Shown here piece by piece: positions 8,427-18,297 of a stretch of 64,000 nt of DNA (position 1 is its first letter; every line of letters starts with the position of its first letter). The stretch lies in NCBI GenBank assembly GCA_013288555.1, contig JABDBQ010000011.1, positions 1,820 through 65,819 on the forward strand. The letters run 5' to 3'. A program made the translations under genes and the position numbers. Below the pieces are notes generated by a model, which saw only the letters and a list, made by a program, of their open reading frames with translations, was not told the origin of the DNA and did no database searches. Origin of the DNA: Bacteroidota bacterium (GTDB taxonomy: Bacteria; Bacteroidota; Bacteroidia; CAILMK01).

Positions 8427-9770
8427 ATGAAAAAAACATTACTCACATTCATTCTTTTTGCCCTGAGCTTAACCATACATGCACAGGTGACAACATTATA
8501 TGGAAACGGAACAGCCGGATATAGCAACAGCAATTCATCAGCAGATTCTATAAATACAGAATTCACTACCCCTTACGGTGTTGCGTTCGACACCAAAGGG
8601 AATCTGTGGATCACCGACCAGGGCAACAATTTTATTGTGCTGATCAACAATGGAAAATACCAGCTCAGAGAAGGATATCAGCAGGGCGGTTTTAATGACG
8701 GAGCTTCGGTCGGACAGTTGGGCGGGATTACTTTTTATCCTGCAGGAATTGTCGTCGCACCGGGGAAAACTTCGGCAGATGATCAGATATATCTTTGTGA
8801 TGCAGGTAATAACGCAATACGGAAAATTGATTCTTTTGTGAGTATTGGTAATGCGCAATACCTGAGTACAGTGGCCGGAGGCGGAAAAAAGAATGGTGGT
8901 TTGGGTGTCAGCGGCTTTACAAACGGATCAGGTGCAACAGCATTATTCAATAATCCAATTGGCATTGGTTATGTGAAAGATGCCAGTGGAGGCTATCTTG
9001 TTGTAGCTGATCAGAACAACAATGCTTTACGTAAAGTAAGCCTGCACAAAAGCGACTATGGAACAACATCAACCATTACAACTTCTATAAGCGCGCCGTC
9101 AGGGATTTATGTAGATCATTCAAATAATATATGGGTCACTTCACTTGGCAGCGGAATTTCAAAAGTTTCAAGCACAGGAACGGTAACTTCTATTGCAACG
9201 AGTTCCAATTTTGAAGCACCTACCTCATTGGTAATCAGGGGAACAGATATGTATATCGGAGACAATTGCCATATCGCTTACCTGGATATGACCCAGCCTG
9301 TGAGCGCTTCAAATCCTACGGTTCTTGCCGGCGACCCTACTGATACTATTTGCAAATTTCAAGATGGTTCAGATGAATCTGCCCTCTTTAACGGCATAGG
9401 CAGCATGGCATTGTCACCCGATTCATCTTATCTTGTCGTGGCTGATGGACAAACCAACAGGATCAGGAAAGTAATACTTCCCAAAGCACATGTTCATACC
9501 TCTGGTTTCGCATTATCAACCATGAATCCCGACAGGTTTGATATTTATCCAAATCCTGCCCAGGGACATGTTTATATCAAAAACCGGATTTCAGGCGAGG
9601 CAGATCTGACAATGTTAACTGCAACAGGAAGGCAGGTTATGCATAGCAATATAAATATCACAGCCGGAGATCCTTATGATATTAATCTCGAAAACTTTGT
9701 CCCAGGCGTTTATATTATGCAGATTTCCACCGTGACTGGTGTTTATAACAATAAGATTATCATCAGGTAA
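8427..9770 (+). CDS. NHL-repeat beta-propeller protein with T9SS type A C-terminal sorting domain
   Basis: Repeated F.P.G.A.D..GNL...D.GN..IR motifs; C-terminal IYPNPA...GVYIMQI...KIIIR. Confidence 0.85.
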   Translation: MKKTLLTFILFALSLTIHAQVTTLYGNGTAGYSNSNSSADSINTEFTTPYGVAFDTKGNLWITDQGNNFIVLINNGKYQLREGYQQGGFNDGASVGQLGGITFYPAGIVVAPGKTSADDQIYLCDAGNNAIRKIDSFVSIGNAQYLSTVAGGGKKNGGLGVSGFTNGSGATALFNNPIGIGYVKDASGGYLVVADQNNNALRKVSLHKSDYGTTSTITTSISAPSGIYVDHSNNIWVTSLGSGISKVSSTGTVTSIATSSNFEAPTSLVIRGTDMYIGDNCHIAYLDMTQPVSASNPTVLAGDPTDTICKFQDGSDESALFNGIGSMALSPDSSYLVVADGQTNRIRKVILPKAHVHTSGFALSTMNPDRFDIYPNPAQGHVYIKNRISGEADLTMLTATGRQVMHSNINITAGDPYDINLENFVPGVYIMQISTVTGVYNNKIIIR

Positions 9771-9785
9771 TAAAAGCTCTGAATG

Positions 9786-10898
9786 TTATAGAAACCTTTG
9801 AAGGGTATTCATCTTTTCTTCGGTTTCAAGCCATTCTTTTTCAGGAACAGAACCCGGAACTACCCCGGCACCGGCATAAAGTAGTGCCGTATGAGGAAAG
9901 ACCTGCATACACCTGAGGTTTACGAACAGATCGGCTGCGGAAGGTGAAACCGGTCCCAGAAAGCCGCTGTAAAAAGATCTGTCAAAATTTTCATGCTGCA
10001 AAAGAAATTCCCGTGCTGGGTGCAATGGCATGCCGCATACAGCCGGCGTGGGATGAAGTTCTTTGATGATCCTTAAATGGGCCGACTGATATTCAGATCT
10101 CAGGATTCCGTTAAAATAAGTTGCCAGATGAAAAATATTACCGGCACTGATTGTACGAGGGCCATCCAATTCGATATCAGTGCAATAGCGTTGCAGAATA
10201 TCATAAATATAACCTGTTACAATGGCTTGCTCTTCATTTTCCTTAGAGGTAAAGGGATTAGTAGTTCCAGATTTCCGGGTGCCTGCAAGTGAAAGCGTGC
10301 TCAGTTTATTGTTCTTTATCCTCGCTAAAGTTTCAGGAGTAGATCCGATCCATGTGCCTGTTTGCGGCGTACTTAGCAGGTAAACAAAAGCATTGGGATA
10401 TGCTTCTGATAAAGAACGAAACAAGTTAAGAGGAGAAAAACCGGGTTTTAAATCTATTTGTTTCATCCTTGCAGGCACGGCTTTTTGCATTTTGCCTAAC
10501 GCAATGTATTCAAGTACCCGTTCGACCAATGCCTCATACCCTTCTTTTGTACTGCTACTAGAAGTTGGATGATCCTGATATGAAAAGTCAAGAGATGGCG
10601 CCAGTTTTGAAAATTCTGAATCGCTCAATTCACATTGCAACTTGTTTTCAATACACCAGAATTTCTGTTCAGATCTGAAAAAAGGGGCTATTAAAAACCC
10701 TGTAACCGACTCGTTATTAAATGATAATTCAGCAATGTTCCCACCTGCAAAATTTATAGAGTTACTTCCCGGGAAACGATATAAGACCCATCCAAACCCG
10801 GGTTTGAAAATATCTGACCATTGCTTGGCCAGTTCTGTGGTACTTAATTTTTCCATCCGGGCGATAATGCACAAAAGTAAAGCAATAAAAAAGGCCAC
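9786..10898 (-). CDS. menF: Isochorismate synthase (chorismate-binding protein)
   Basis: GSTPETL, LAGT, HPTPAVCG, RSFYSG, VNLRC, AGAGVV; menD present in the window. Confidence 0.85.
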   Translation of the reverse strand: MAFFIALLLCIIARMEKLSTTELAKQWSDIFKPGFGWVLYRFPGSNSINFAGGNIAELSFNNESVTGFLIAPFFRSEQKFWCIENKLQCELSDSEFSKLAPSLDFSYQDHPTSSSSTKEGYEALVERVLEYIALGKMQKAVPARMKQIDLKPGFSPLNLFRSLSEAYPNAFVYLLSTPQTGTWIGSTPETLARIKNNKLSTLSLAGTRKSGTTNPFTSKENEEQAIVTGYIYDILQRYCTDIELDGPRTISAGNIFHLATYFNGILRSEYQSAHLRIIKELHPTPAVCGMPLHPAREFLLQHENFDRSFYSGFLGPVSPSAADLFVNLRCMQVFPHTALLYAGAGVVPGSVPEKEWLETEEKMNTLQRFL

Positions 10899-10941
10899 AT
10901 GTTTTTTGCGGCCTTTTTATCCATTATATTGTTTTTCGTTT

Positions 10942-11340
10942 TCATCTGAAATCATCATCATCGTCCCAATCGTCTTCAGATGATGTACTTTCAAAAAAAT
11001 CGTCGTCTTCAATGTCTTCAAAATTGTCTTCTTTATCCAATGGATCTACAACGTCCTCGTAGTCTTCCATATCGTATCCCTCTTCTCCTATGAAAATATC
11101 ATCCTTCCCGCTATCCAATACATCCAGTTTTTCAAGATTGGCATCGATGGACTCATCGCTTAAATCTATATCCGGGTATTTTTCAAATAGTTTCTGAATA
11201 GCTCTTTCATCAATGGCAAAATCTTCTACGTTGATCATGCATTGCTGGACATACGCCGAATCGGTACGAAAGACTTCATCTAATGACTTTCCTTCATATT
11301 TACCGAAAGCAAAACTGGTGTTCAAATCATACACTTTCAT
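10942..11340 (-). CDS. Small protein with FGKY.G domain (exodeoxyribonuclease X C-terminal-like) and very acidic tail
   Basis: FAFGKYEGKSL motif; D/E-rich C-terminal half. Confidence 0.55.
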   Translation of the reverse strand: MKVYDLNTSFAFGKYEGKSLDEVFRTDSAYVQQCMINVEDFAIDERAIQKLFEKYPDIDLSDESIDANLEKLDVLDSGKDDIFIGEEGYDMEDYEDVVDPLDKEDNFEDIEDDDFFESTSSEDDWDDDDDFR

Positions 11341-11624
11341 GACTGCAATTATTTCTCATTTTGGTTGCTAACAAAGTTACTGATATGTATATTTCTTTCA
11401 AAGAATTTTTTTTCAAAAAGAATAAAATTTCCTGAATGATGTTGCGTATCGTGAAAATATTTTTTAAAAATAGTATATTGCATTGATTAAAAGCAGTTTA
11501 TATTAAGCCCATTCTTTCCATCTTTCGGAATTTATACCGGATTTCTCCCGCTTCCCTCAAAAAAATCTTTCGAAATCATTTAACCAACAGGTTGAAACAG
11601 CGACCTCTTCCTATATTTTCCGGT

Positions 11625-14600
11625 TTATCCAACCATTAATATTGTTTCAGATTCAGGAATTGAGGATTGCTCCCGATTCATTTTCTCAACTGTTTGTCCG
11701 GGAGTATTATCGTTGGTGAGAGTTGTTGAATTTTGTATATCTTTTGAAAAACTGATCGCCATCCGCTCCCAACTGATGAGGTCTAAAGTACATACATCAT
11801 ATTCCATGATGATCTTTCCTTTCAGGGCATAGATACCCTTGCCGGTATAATAATATTGGCGGTATACCTGCGGAAATGAAACCGTTTCAAAAGTCTGTCC
11901 CTCAGCATCCAGGAAGGAGCCGAACTGCATGGCCGCTCCCTTGGATGTGGTGACGCTCTTGGTATTGGTAAGATAGCCGACCATGGTAACCGTATGGCCC
12001 ATATTGTTGATCATATCATTGGCCATAATATCGCCGCGGTACGGTGAAACCAGAAGATCAAACCGGGTACAGATCGGAAACCCGAGGGCTTCTATTTCCT
12101 GGTAAGCGTCTTCGCGGTATGATTGCCGGAGTGGTGGTAGTTTGAAGTCTTTGATCACAACAGGAAAAAGCGACGGACCTTTCTGTTTCTCTTTCTCTTT
12201 CTGTTTCTCATTTTTTGCTGTAATCATATAGGCATCCCAGAGCATCTGTCTTTTATCGCGACCCATCCCGCGCAGCGCCCCGATACGGATGAGGATAAGG
12301 AGTTGCTCAGGCTTGGGCTGGAGGCGTTCATATACATCGCTTACGCTCCGGTAAGGACCATTTGCTTCCCGCTCTGGCACAATGCGTTCCGCCAGTTCAC
12401 TTTCCAGTGATTTGATATGAATAAACCCAAGAAAAATATCTTTTCCACTGATGGATGTCAGGTGTTCACTCCTGTTAACGCAAGGTGCATGAATAATGCC
12501 ACCCCGCTGCCTTGCTTCATTCACATAAAATTCGGTGCTGTAATATCCCCCGAAATTATTGATTACAGCCACCATAAATTCCAGCGGGAAATAGGTCTTC
12601 AGGTACAGGCTCTGGTAGCTCTCCACGGCATAGCTGGCCGAGTGTGCTTTGCAGAATGAGAACCCGGCAAAACCTTCCATCTGCCGCCATACTTCACGGC
12701 TCACGTCATCAGGATAACCCTGCGCCCGGCAACTGTCGAAATATTCTCTTTCCATTTTCTCAAAACCATCATCCACCCTGAATTTCCATGCCATGGCACG
12801 ACGCAAAATATCTGCCCCGGCCAGGCTGAGTCCGGCAAACTGGTGCGCTACTTTTATAATATCTTCCTGGTACACCATCACTCCATAGGTCTCGCCAAGT
12901 ATCTCACCGAGTTTGGGATGCACGGGTTTATATTTATCGGGGTCGCGATGACGCTGGATATAGGCGCGCATCATTCCGCTCTCCGATACGCCGGGCCGGA
13001 TGATGGAACTGGCAGCTACCAGGCACTTGAACGTATCACAGCGCAGCTTACGCAACAGCTGCCGCATGGCTGGTGATTCTATATAAAAACACCCGATGGT
13101 ATCCCCCGCTTTTAGTAGGCTGTTGAGATGCGGGTTTTGGGTGAATTCTTTTACGGCATTTATGTCCACATCCACACCCTGGTTCTGCTTGATCAGCTGG
13201 ATGCTGTCTTTAATATGGCCCAGTCCCCGCTGGCTGAGGATGTCTAGTTTGTGCAGGTTGAACTTATCAGCAGTGTACATATCAAAATGTGTAATCGGGA
13301 AACCTTTGGGCGGCATATCGGTAGCCGTATAATAATGCAAAGGCATATCAGACACCACGATACCGCTGGCATGTACCGACAGGTTTCTTGGGAATTTGAT
13401 GATCCTCCGGGCATAATAATCTACCTTATATTTATACAGATCCATCACAGTAGCGCTCTTCTCCGGCTTGATGCGCGCTTCAATTTCGCGGGTATCTATG
13501 AAGGCATCAATTTCTTCTTTGGGCAGTCCATACACTTTGCCTATTTCGCGGGCTGCTCCCCTGTAATGTAAGGTAGTATGCGAGCCGAGCATGGCAGTAT
13601 AGGTTTCGCCATAGGTTTTAAAAATATAACTGATGATATCGTCGCGGTCTTTCCACGAAAAATCAATATCAAAATCGGGGGGTGAACTCCTGTGCATATT
13701 CAAAAATCGTTCGAAATACAAGTCTAGTTCTATCGGGTCAACTTCTGTGATCCTGAGGCAATAGGCCACGATGCTGTTGGCGCCGCTGCCACGACCCGCA
13801 TGGTAATAGCCCTGCTGTTTGGCATAGCGCACAATATCCCAGGCAGTAAGGAAATAAGCTACGAATTTTTTATCGCTGATAACATTCAGTTCCTTTTCAA
13901 TGCGACTCAATGCTTCCGGGTCGTCAAGGGCATAACGTCCTTCCATTCCGGCAAAGCAGAGCTCGCGCAACATCCTGGCATCCCCCTCCGGGCTTTCGGT
14001 AAAACAGCGCCGGTTTTTTTCAAGCGTGAAATCAAATTCCAATGCGCACTGCTCCATGATCGCCTCGGTATTTCGGATCAAAAAAGGATAGCGCGCATAG
14101 AGCATTACCAGTTCAGCCTGGCTAATGAAATACTCCTGCCGCGCACCCGCCTGCAAGGGCTGTAGTTTGCTAAGGAGGATATTGCAATCTACAGCCCTGA
14201 GGAGGCAATGCAGGTAAAAATCATCCTTCGAAAAAAAACTGACCGGATATAATGCCATGGCTTTGGCCCGGAGTTTTTCTTCGGGGACGAGGATAAGAAG
14301 AGGCAGGTCCTGCGGGCGGATGCCGAGGTACTCGTTGGCACCCAGTTGGTTGATAAGCCGGGGTTGGAAAGGATATATAAAAATGACATCAGTCAGGTAA
14401 GGTGCACGTGCCGGGAATGGTGTGTCATTAAAGAGATGTTTCGATAAAAAGATATTGAGGTTTTTATACCCTTCATTATTAACCGCCAGTCCTACATAAA
14501 GGCAAGCGGCACTCTCTTTCATATTCCTGAAATCGATACCCAACACGGGTTTGATGCCCTGCTCCCGGCAATGCAATACAAAATCGAGACCCGCACAGGT

Positions 14601-14720
14601 ATTATTAATATCTGTCAGAGCAAGAGTCGTATAGCCACTTCCGGCACCCAGTTCCGCCAGTGTTTTCACCGGTAAAGTGCCATAAGTATGCGAAAAAAAT
14701 GTATGACAATTGGCGAGCAT
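11625..14720 (-). CDS. dnaE2: DNA polymerase III alpha subunit, error-prone DnaE2 type
   Basis: PHP domain (LALTDIN), GRGSGANS, PPDFDIDF, GFSFCKAH, C-terminal OB fold; 1031 aa. Confidence 0.85.
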   Translation of the reverse strand: MLANCHTFFSHTYGTLPVKTLAELGAGSGYTTLALTDINNTCAGLDFVLHCREQGIKPVLGIDFRNMKESAACLYVGLAVNNEGYKNLNIFLSKHLFNDTPFPARAPYLTDVIFIYPFQPRLINQLGANEYLGIRPQDLPLLILVPEEKLRAKAMALYPVSFFSKDDFYLHCLLRAVDCNILLSKLQPLQAGARQEYFISQAELVMLYARYPFLIRNTEAIMEQCALEFDFTLEKNRRCFTESPEGDARMLRELCFAGMEGRYALDDPEALSRIEKELNVISDKKFVAYFLTAWDIVRYAKQQGYYHAGRGSGANSIVAYCLRITEVDPIELDLYFERFLNMHRSSPPDFDIDFSWKDRDDIISYIFKTYGETYTAMLGSHTTLHYRGAAREIGKVYGLPKEEIDAFIDTREIEARIKPEKSATVMDLYKYKVDYYARRIIKFPRNLSVHASGIVVSDMPLHYYTATDMPPKGFPITHFDMYTADKFNLHKLDILSQRGLGHIKDSIQLIKQNQGVDVDINAVKEFTQNPHLNSLLKAGDTIGCFYIESPAMRQLLRKLRCDTFKCLVAASSIIRPGVSESGMMRAYIQRHRDPDKYKPVHPKLGEILGETYGVMVYQEDIIKVAHQFAGLSLAGADILRRAMAWKFRVDDGFEKMEREYFDSCRAQGYPDDVSREVWRQMEGFAGFSFCKAHSASYAVESYQSLYLKTYFPLEFMVAVINNFGGYYSTEFYVNEARQRGGIIHAPCVNRSEHLTSISGKDIFLGFIHIKSLESELAERIVPEREANGPYRSVSDVYERLQPKPEQLLILIRIGALRGMGRDKRQMLWDAYMITAKNEKQKEKEKQKGPSLFPVVIKDFKLPPLRQSYREDAYQEIEALGFPICTRFDLLVSPYRGDIMANDMINNMGHTVTMVGYLTNTKSVTTSKGAAMQFGSFLDAEGQTFETVSFPQVYRQYYYTGKGIYALKGKIIMEYDVCTLDLISWERMAISFSKDIQNSTTLTNDNTPGQTVEKMNREQSSIPESETILMVG

Positions 14721-14756
14721 CGTTGTCCATAAATTGGGGTTGCAAGATACAGCATA

Positions 14757-14784
14757 TTTGTCATATTGACAAAATTATTGTCAA
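14757..14784. promoter_or_regulatory. Overlapping palindromes upstream of dnaE2 (candidate SOS-type operator)
   Basis: TTTGTCA-TAT-TGACAAA (14757-14773) and TTGACAA-AATTA-TTGTCAA (14766-14784). Confidence 0.55.
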
Positions 14785-14923
14785 TTAATTTTTACACTTG
14801 CATGATACTTATTGATGTTTATGCGAGAATATTTATCTGCAAAAGATGAGTATTCATTGTTGAGGAACATTTTTGCTATAAATTTGCGTTTAGGTTTACA
14901 TACTTATAAAGAATAAACCAGGC

Positions 14924-15130
14924 ATGAAATTAATACTTGACGTAAAAGATGACAAGGCTGCTTTTTTTATAGAACTTCTAAAGAATTTCTCATACGTAAA
15001 AGCCAGGCCGATTTCGTCTGAAAAGTCAGAAATCCTGGAAGGATTGAAAGAAGCTGTAGAACAGGTAAACCTAGCCAAACAGGGAAAGATCAAACTTAAA
15101 CCAGCCAGGCAATTACTTGATGAGCTTTGA
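14924..15130 (+). CDS. Putative type II antitoxin
   Basis: 68 aa; GLKEAVEQV...KLKPARQLLDEL C-terminus; overlaps the downstream RelE-like gene. Confidence 0.75.
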   Translation: MKLILDVKDDKAAFFIELLKNFSYVKARPISSEKSEILEGLKEAVEQVNLAKQGKIKLKPARQLLDEL

Positions 15131-15446
15131 GATTGTCTATACTGATAACTTTGAGCGGGAAGTCAAAAAACTTGCAAAAAAATATCAGTCGTTAAAAACT
15201 GACATCGAAGCTTTTATAGATTCACTGGAAAAAGATCCGTTTCAGGGAACGGCGTTAGGTCTTGATTGCTATAAAATCCGATTGGCAATTAAATCAAAAG
15301 GGAAGGGCAAATCAGGTGGTGCGAGGGTTATTACCCATGTTTACGTGTTAGATAAAATGGTTTATCTATTATCTATTTATGATAAATCTCAACAGGAGAA
15401 TATCAGCGATAAGCAATTGCAATCGTTAATAAACCAGATCAGGTAA
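15117..15446 (+). CDS. RelE/ParE family toxin
   Basis: F.REVKKLAKKY.SL, YKIRLAIKSKGKGKSGGARVI, LLSIYDKS. Confidence 0.85.
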   Translation: MMSFEIVYTDNFEREVKKLAKKYQSLKTDIEAFIDSLEKDPFQGTALGLDCYKIRLAIKSKGKGKSGGARVITHVYVLDKMVYLLSIYDKSQQENISDKQLQSLINQIR

Positions 15447-15456
15447 TCCTCTAAAT

Positions 15457-15618
15457 ATGAAGATTAAAAAAGAAAAAACTACGTTTCATAGTGTTGCTTT
15501 TTCCCGAAAAGTAAAAGAACAGATTGCCCAAGAACTGGATGGCAAATCTTTTGAACAACAAAAAGAAATTATAAGAAAATTTCTTTCAGGGGAGCTTAAA
15601 CTGAAAGCAGTAAGGTAA
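15457..15618 (+). CDS. Small 53 aa antitoxin-like protein (not in ORF track)
   Basis: Own translation: MKIKKEKTTFHSVAFSRKVKEQIAQELDGKSFEQQKEIIRKFLSGELKLKAVR*. Confidence 0.5.
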   Translation: MKIKKEKTTFHSVAFSRKVKEQIAQELDGKSFEQQKEIIRKFLSGELKLKAVR

Positions 15619-15684
15619 AGATGAAACCTCGTCTATTGTAGACGAATGTGTTGTAAATTTGTCATAAAATGAAGCTAAATCTAT

Positions 15685-15972
15685 ATGAGACTTGTTGTTG
15701 AAATAGGGAATGAGAAGGATGCGAGCCTTTTTATTTCACTGGTAAAGAGGCTCAATGGGAGGATTGTAGAAAAAGGGGAATCCCTTTCCAAAACCAATAA
15801 GGAACCCGAAGTCAATCCTGTCTCTATATTAGAAAATATTTCAAAAAGAGGCGGAATAAATTCCATACCCACTCCTTTCAAACAGGCAAAGCCTTCAAGA
15901 AAAGCCGGCCTTGCGAAGGGACTAATTAGAATGAAAGACGATTTCGATAAGCCGATTACATTCGACCGCTAG
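15685..15972 (+). CDS. DUF2281-like orphan antitoxin
   Basis: C-terminal RKAGLAKGLIRMKDDFDKPI motif typical of VapB/DUF2281-type antitoxins. Confidence 0.6.
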   Translation: MRLVVEIGNEKDASLFISLVKRLNGRIVEKGESLSKTNKEPEVNPVSILENISKRGGINSIPTPFKQAKPSRKAGLAKGLIRMKDDFDKPITFDR

Positions 15973-15997
15973 AAATCATAAAATCAACGGTTAAAAA

Positions 15998-16789
15998 TCA
16001 AGGCCCTCCGAATGGGACGAATTTATGTTCCGGTTCATACCAGATACTCGTCCACCCATCAATAAAATTAGTTCCTTTTATAATATATCCATGAAAGTGA
16101 AGGAGATAGTCTTTAAATTCTTTCTGATCTTTTTCAATTTTCTTATTTGAAATATGTTGACTTTGTAAATCCCATTTTCTATTTGTCATATACATATCTT
16201 CATTTTTTAAAAATTCAGATTTGCTGAATTTTACATCCATTGGAATATATTCAAGCAGGCCTCCAAAATACGAATATGGATAAAATGCATTATCAATATC
16301 GTCTACAAATCCTGTATTAAAATTTAAAGTATCGCAATAAATGTTTTCTTTCCCCAAATAGACATTATGAGTCAAAATAAAAGTTTCAGTATCAGACCCA
16401 GGCGTTTTTATATGGAACAAATGGCTAACCAGTTTCTCTGGTTTACAATCGCCGGTTACATCCCTGTATATGACAAGTGTAGAATCAAGATTCATACCTC
16501 TCCAATGATTAGCAATAGAGTCGATCAAATGCTCTTCCTTCAGTATTGAATCAACCTCTTTAATTTCCGTACTAATAACAATTCGTTTTCCTGCGATCAT
16601 AAAAATTAGAGTAGTATCGCTAACTTCATTATCACTCGAAACAGATTTAGGATCAGATGGATCATTATTCAATCTCTTTACAGAGCCTGACGCATGATTT
16701 TTGCTTGCTGATTGATTGCCATTGCCACTAGATGAACAACTAAAAACAAGGAGGACAAATGCTGAAAAAATTAACCTATTGAATATCAT
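15998..16789 (-). CDS. Hypothetical lipoprotein
   Basis: Lipobox VFSC; 263 aa; low GC. Confidence 0.6.
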   Translation of the reverse strand: MIFNRLIFSAFVLLVFSCSSSGNGNQSASKNHASGSVKRLNNDPSDPKSVSSDNEVSDTTLIFMIAGKRIVISTEIKEVDSILKEEHLIDSIANHWRGMNLDSTLVIYRDVTGDCKPEKLVSHLFHIKTPGSDTETFILTHNVYLGKENIYCDTLNFNTGFVDDIDNAFYPYSYFGGLLEYIPMDVKFSKSEFLKNEDMYMTNRKWDLQSQHISNKKIEKDQKEFKDYLLHFHGYIIKGTNFIDGWTSIWYEPEHKFVPFGGP

Positions 16790-16985
16790 TGCATTGTTTC
16801 TAAATCAAAATGAAGACCGGCAAATCTTAATTATTGTTAACAAATATAACAAAATCCATTACCTGGAACATTCAACCGGTTTGCCAAACCTATAATCTGG
16901 AATCAGTTCATGATTAATACCTCCTTACATCTCAAGACTTTTTTCATAACTTTGCCTTTTCAAACAAACTACATATTCATATACA

Positions 16986-18128
16986 ATGGATTTCCAACTC
17001 TCCGAAGAACATTTAATGATCCAGAAAGCCGCACGTGATTTTGCGCAGACTGAACTCTGGAAAGACGTGATTGAGCGCGATATACACGCCAAATTTCCAA
17101 AAGACCATGTAAAAAAAATGGGCGAACTGGGTTTTCTGGGTATGATGGTTGACCCCAAATACGGTGGCAGCGGGCTTGATACCATTTCTTATGTGCTTGC
17201 CATGGAAGAAATTTCCAAAGTAGATGCTTCCTGCTCGGTCATCATGTCGGTAAATAACTCACTGGTTTGCTGGGGACTGGAAACATTTGGCAATGAAGAA
17301 CAAAAACAAAAATACCTGACCCGTCTGGCTACCGGCGATTGCATCGGCGCATTTCTGCTCTCTGAACCGGAAGCTGGATCTGATGCCACTTCGCAACGCA
17401 CCACGGCACTGGATATGGGCGACCACTACCTGGTGAACGGTACCAAAAACTGGATCACCAACGGCGGCAGCGCTGAAGTATATATGGTAATGTGCCAGAC
17501 CCATGTGGAAAAAGGACATAAAGGCATCAACTGCCTCATTATAGAAAGAGATAGCCCCGGGGTAACCGTGGGTAAAAAAGAAGACAAAATGGGTATTCGA
17601 TCTTCCGATACGCATTCCATTATGTTCCAGGACGTAAAAGTGCCCAAAGAAAACCGCATCGGTGAAGATGGGTTCGGGTTTAAGTTTGCCATGAAAACCC
17701 TCGATGGCGGACGTATCGGCATTGCATCGCAGGCATTGGGTATTGCAAGCGGGGCTTATGAGCTGGCGCTGAAATATTCTAAAGAACGTAAGGCATTTGG
17801 CAAGGAGATATCCAACCACCAGGCCATCCAGTTTAAGCTGGCAGATATGGCTACCAAAATAGAAGCCGCACGGTTGCTCTGCCTCAAAGCAGCCTGGCTC
17901 AAAGACCAGCACGCCGACTACGGACTGGCCTCTGCCATGGCGAAAGTATTTGCATCTGAAACAGCAATGTGGGTAACCACCGAAGCCGTACAGATACATG
18001 GTGGCTATGGCTATGTGCGTGAATACCATGTAGAACGTATGATGCGTGATGCCAAAATAACCCAGATATACGAAGGCACATCAGAAGTGCAGCGCATTGT
18101 GATTTCGAGACATATCATAGGAAAATGA
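16986..18128 (+). CDS. Acyl-CoA dehydrogenase (short-chain type)
   Basis: LSEPEAGSDA, NGTKNWITNG, KMGIRSS, QIHGGYGY, IYEGTSEVQR. Confidence 0.95.
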   Translation: MDFQLSEEHLMIQKAARDFAQTELWKDVIERDIHAKFPKDHVKKMGELGFLGMMVDPKYGGSGLDTISYVLAMEEISKVDASCSVIMSVNNSLVCWGLETFGNEEQKQKYLTRLATGDCIGAFLLSEPEAGSDATSQRTTALDMGDHYLVNGTKNWITNGGSAEVYMVMCQTHVEKGHKGINCLIIERDSPGVTVGKKEDKMGIRSSDTHSIMFQDVKVPKENRIGEDGFGFKFAMKTLDGGRIGIASQALGIASGAYELALKYSKERKAFGKEISNHQAIQFKLADMATKIEAARLLCLKAAWLKDQHADYGLASAMAKVFASETAMWVTTEAVQIHGGYGYVREYHVERMMRDAKITQIYEGTSEVQRIVISRHIIGK

Positions 18129-18220
18129 TTGAATGAAGGAATGAGAGAATGAGGGAATAGGCTTACGCAAGATACATTTACTAACCCCTGATTCCTGACT
18201 CCTGATTCCTGATAAAACCC

Positions 18221-18293
18221 GCCGCTTTAGCTCAGTTGGTAGAGCATCGCATTCGTAATGCGAGGGTCGAGGGTTCAAGTCCCTTGAGCGGCT
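18221..18293 (+). tRNA. tRNA-Thr (anticodon CGT)
   Basis: Acceptor GCCGCTT/GAGCGGC, D-arm GCTCAGTTGGTAGAGC, anticodon arm TCGCA-TTCGTAA-TGCGA, T-loop GGTTCAAGTCC; CCA not encoded. Confidence 0.95.
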
Positions 18294-18297
18294 CTAA

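Noticed and set aside
11448-11500. Fourth copy of motif P (TCGTGAAAATATTTTTTAA resembles the reverse of copy A)
   Set aside because: Only an AT-rich stretch matches; the CCACCCACTT and CTATATATG boxes are absent.
14924-16789. Integron cassette array
   Set aside because: No attC-like repeated sites between the genes and no integron integrase.
17259-18029. Long antisense ORFs (e.g. 17259-18029, 41324-41971, 35129-35650)
   Set aside because: They are shadows of well-conserved genes on the opposite strand and have no recognisable motifs.
18221-18293. tRNA-Thr as attB for the phage cassette
   Set aside because: No duplicated tRNA 3' end was seen on the far side of the cassette, and no integrase is present.
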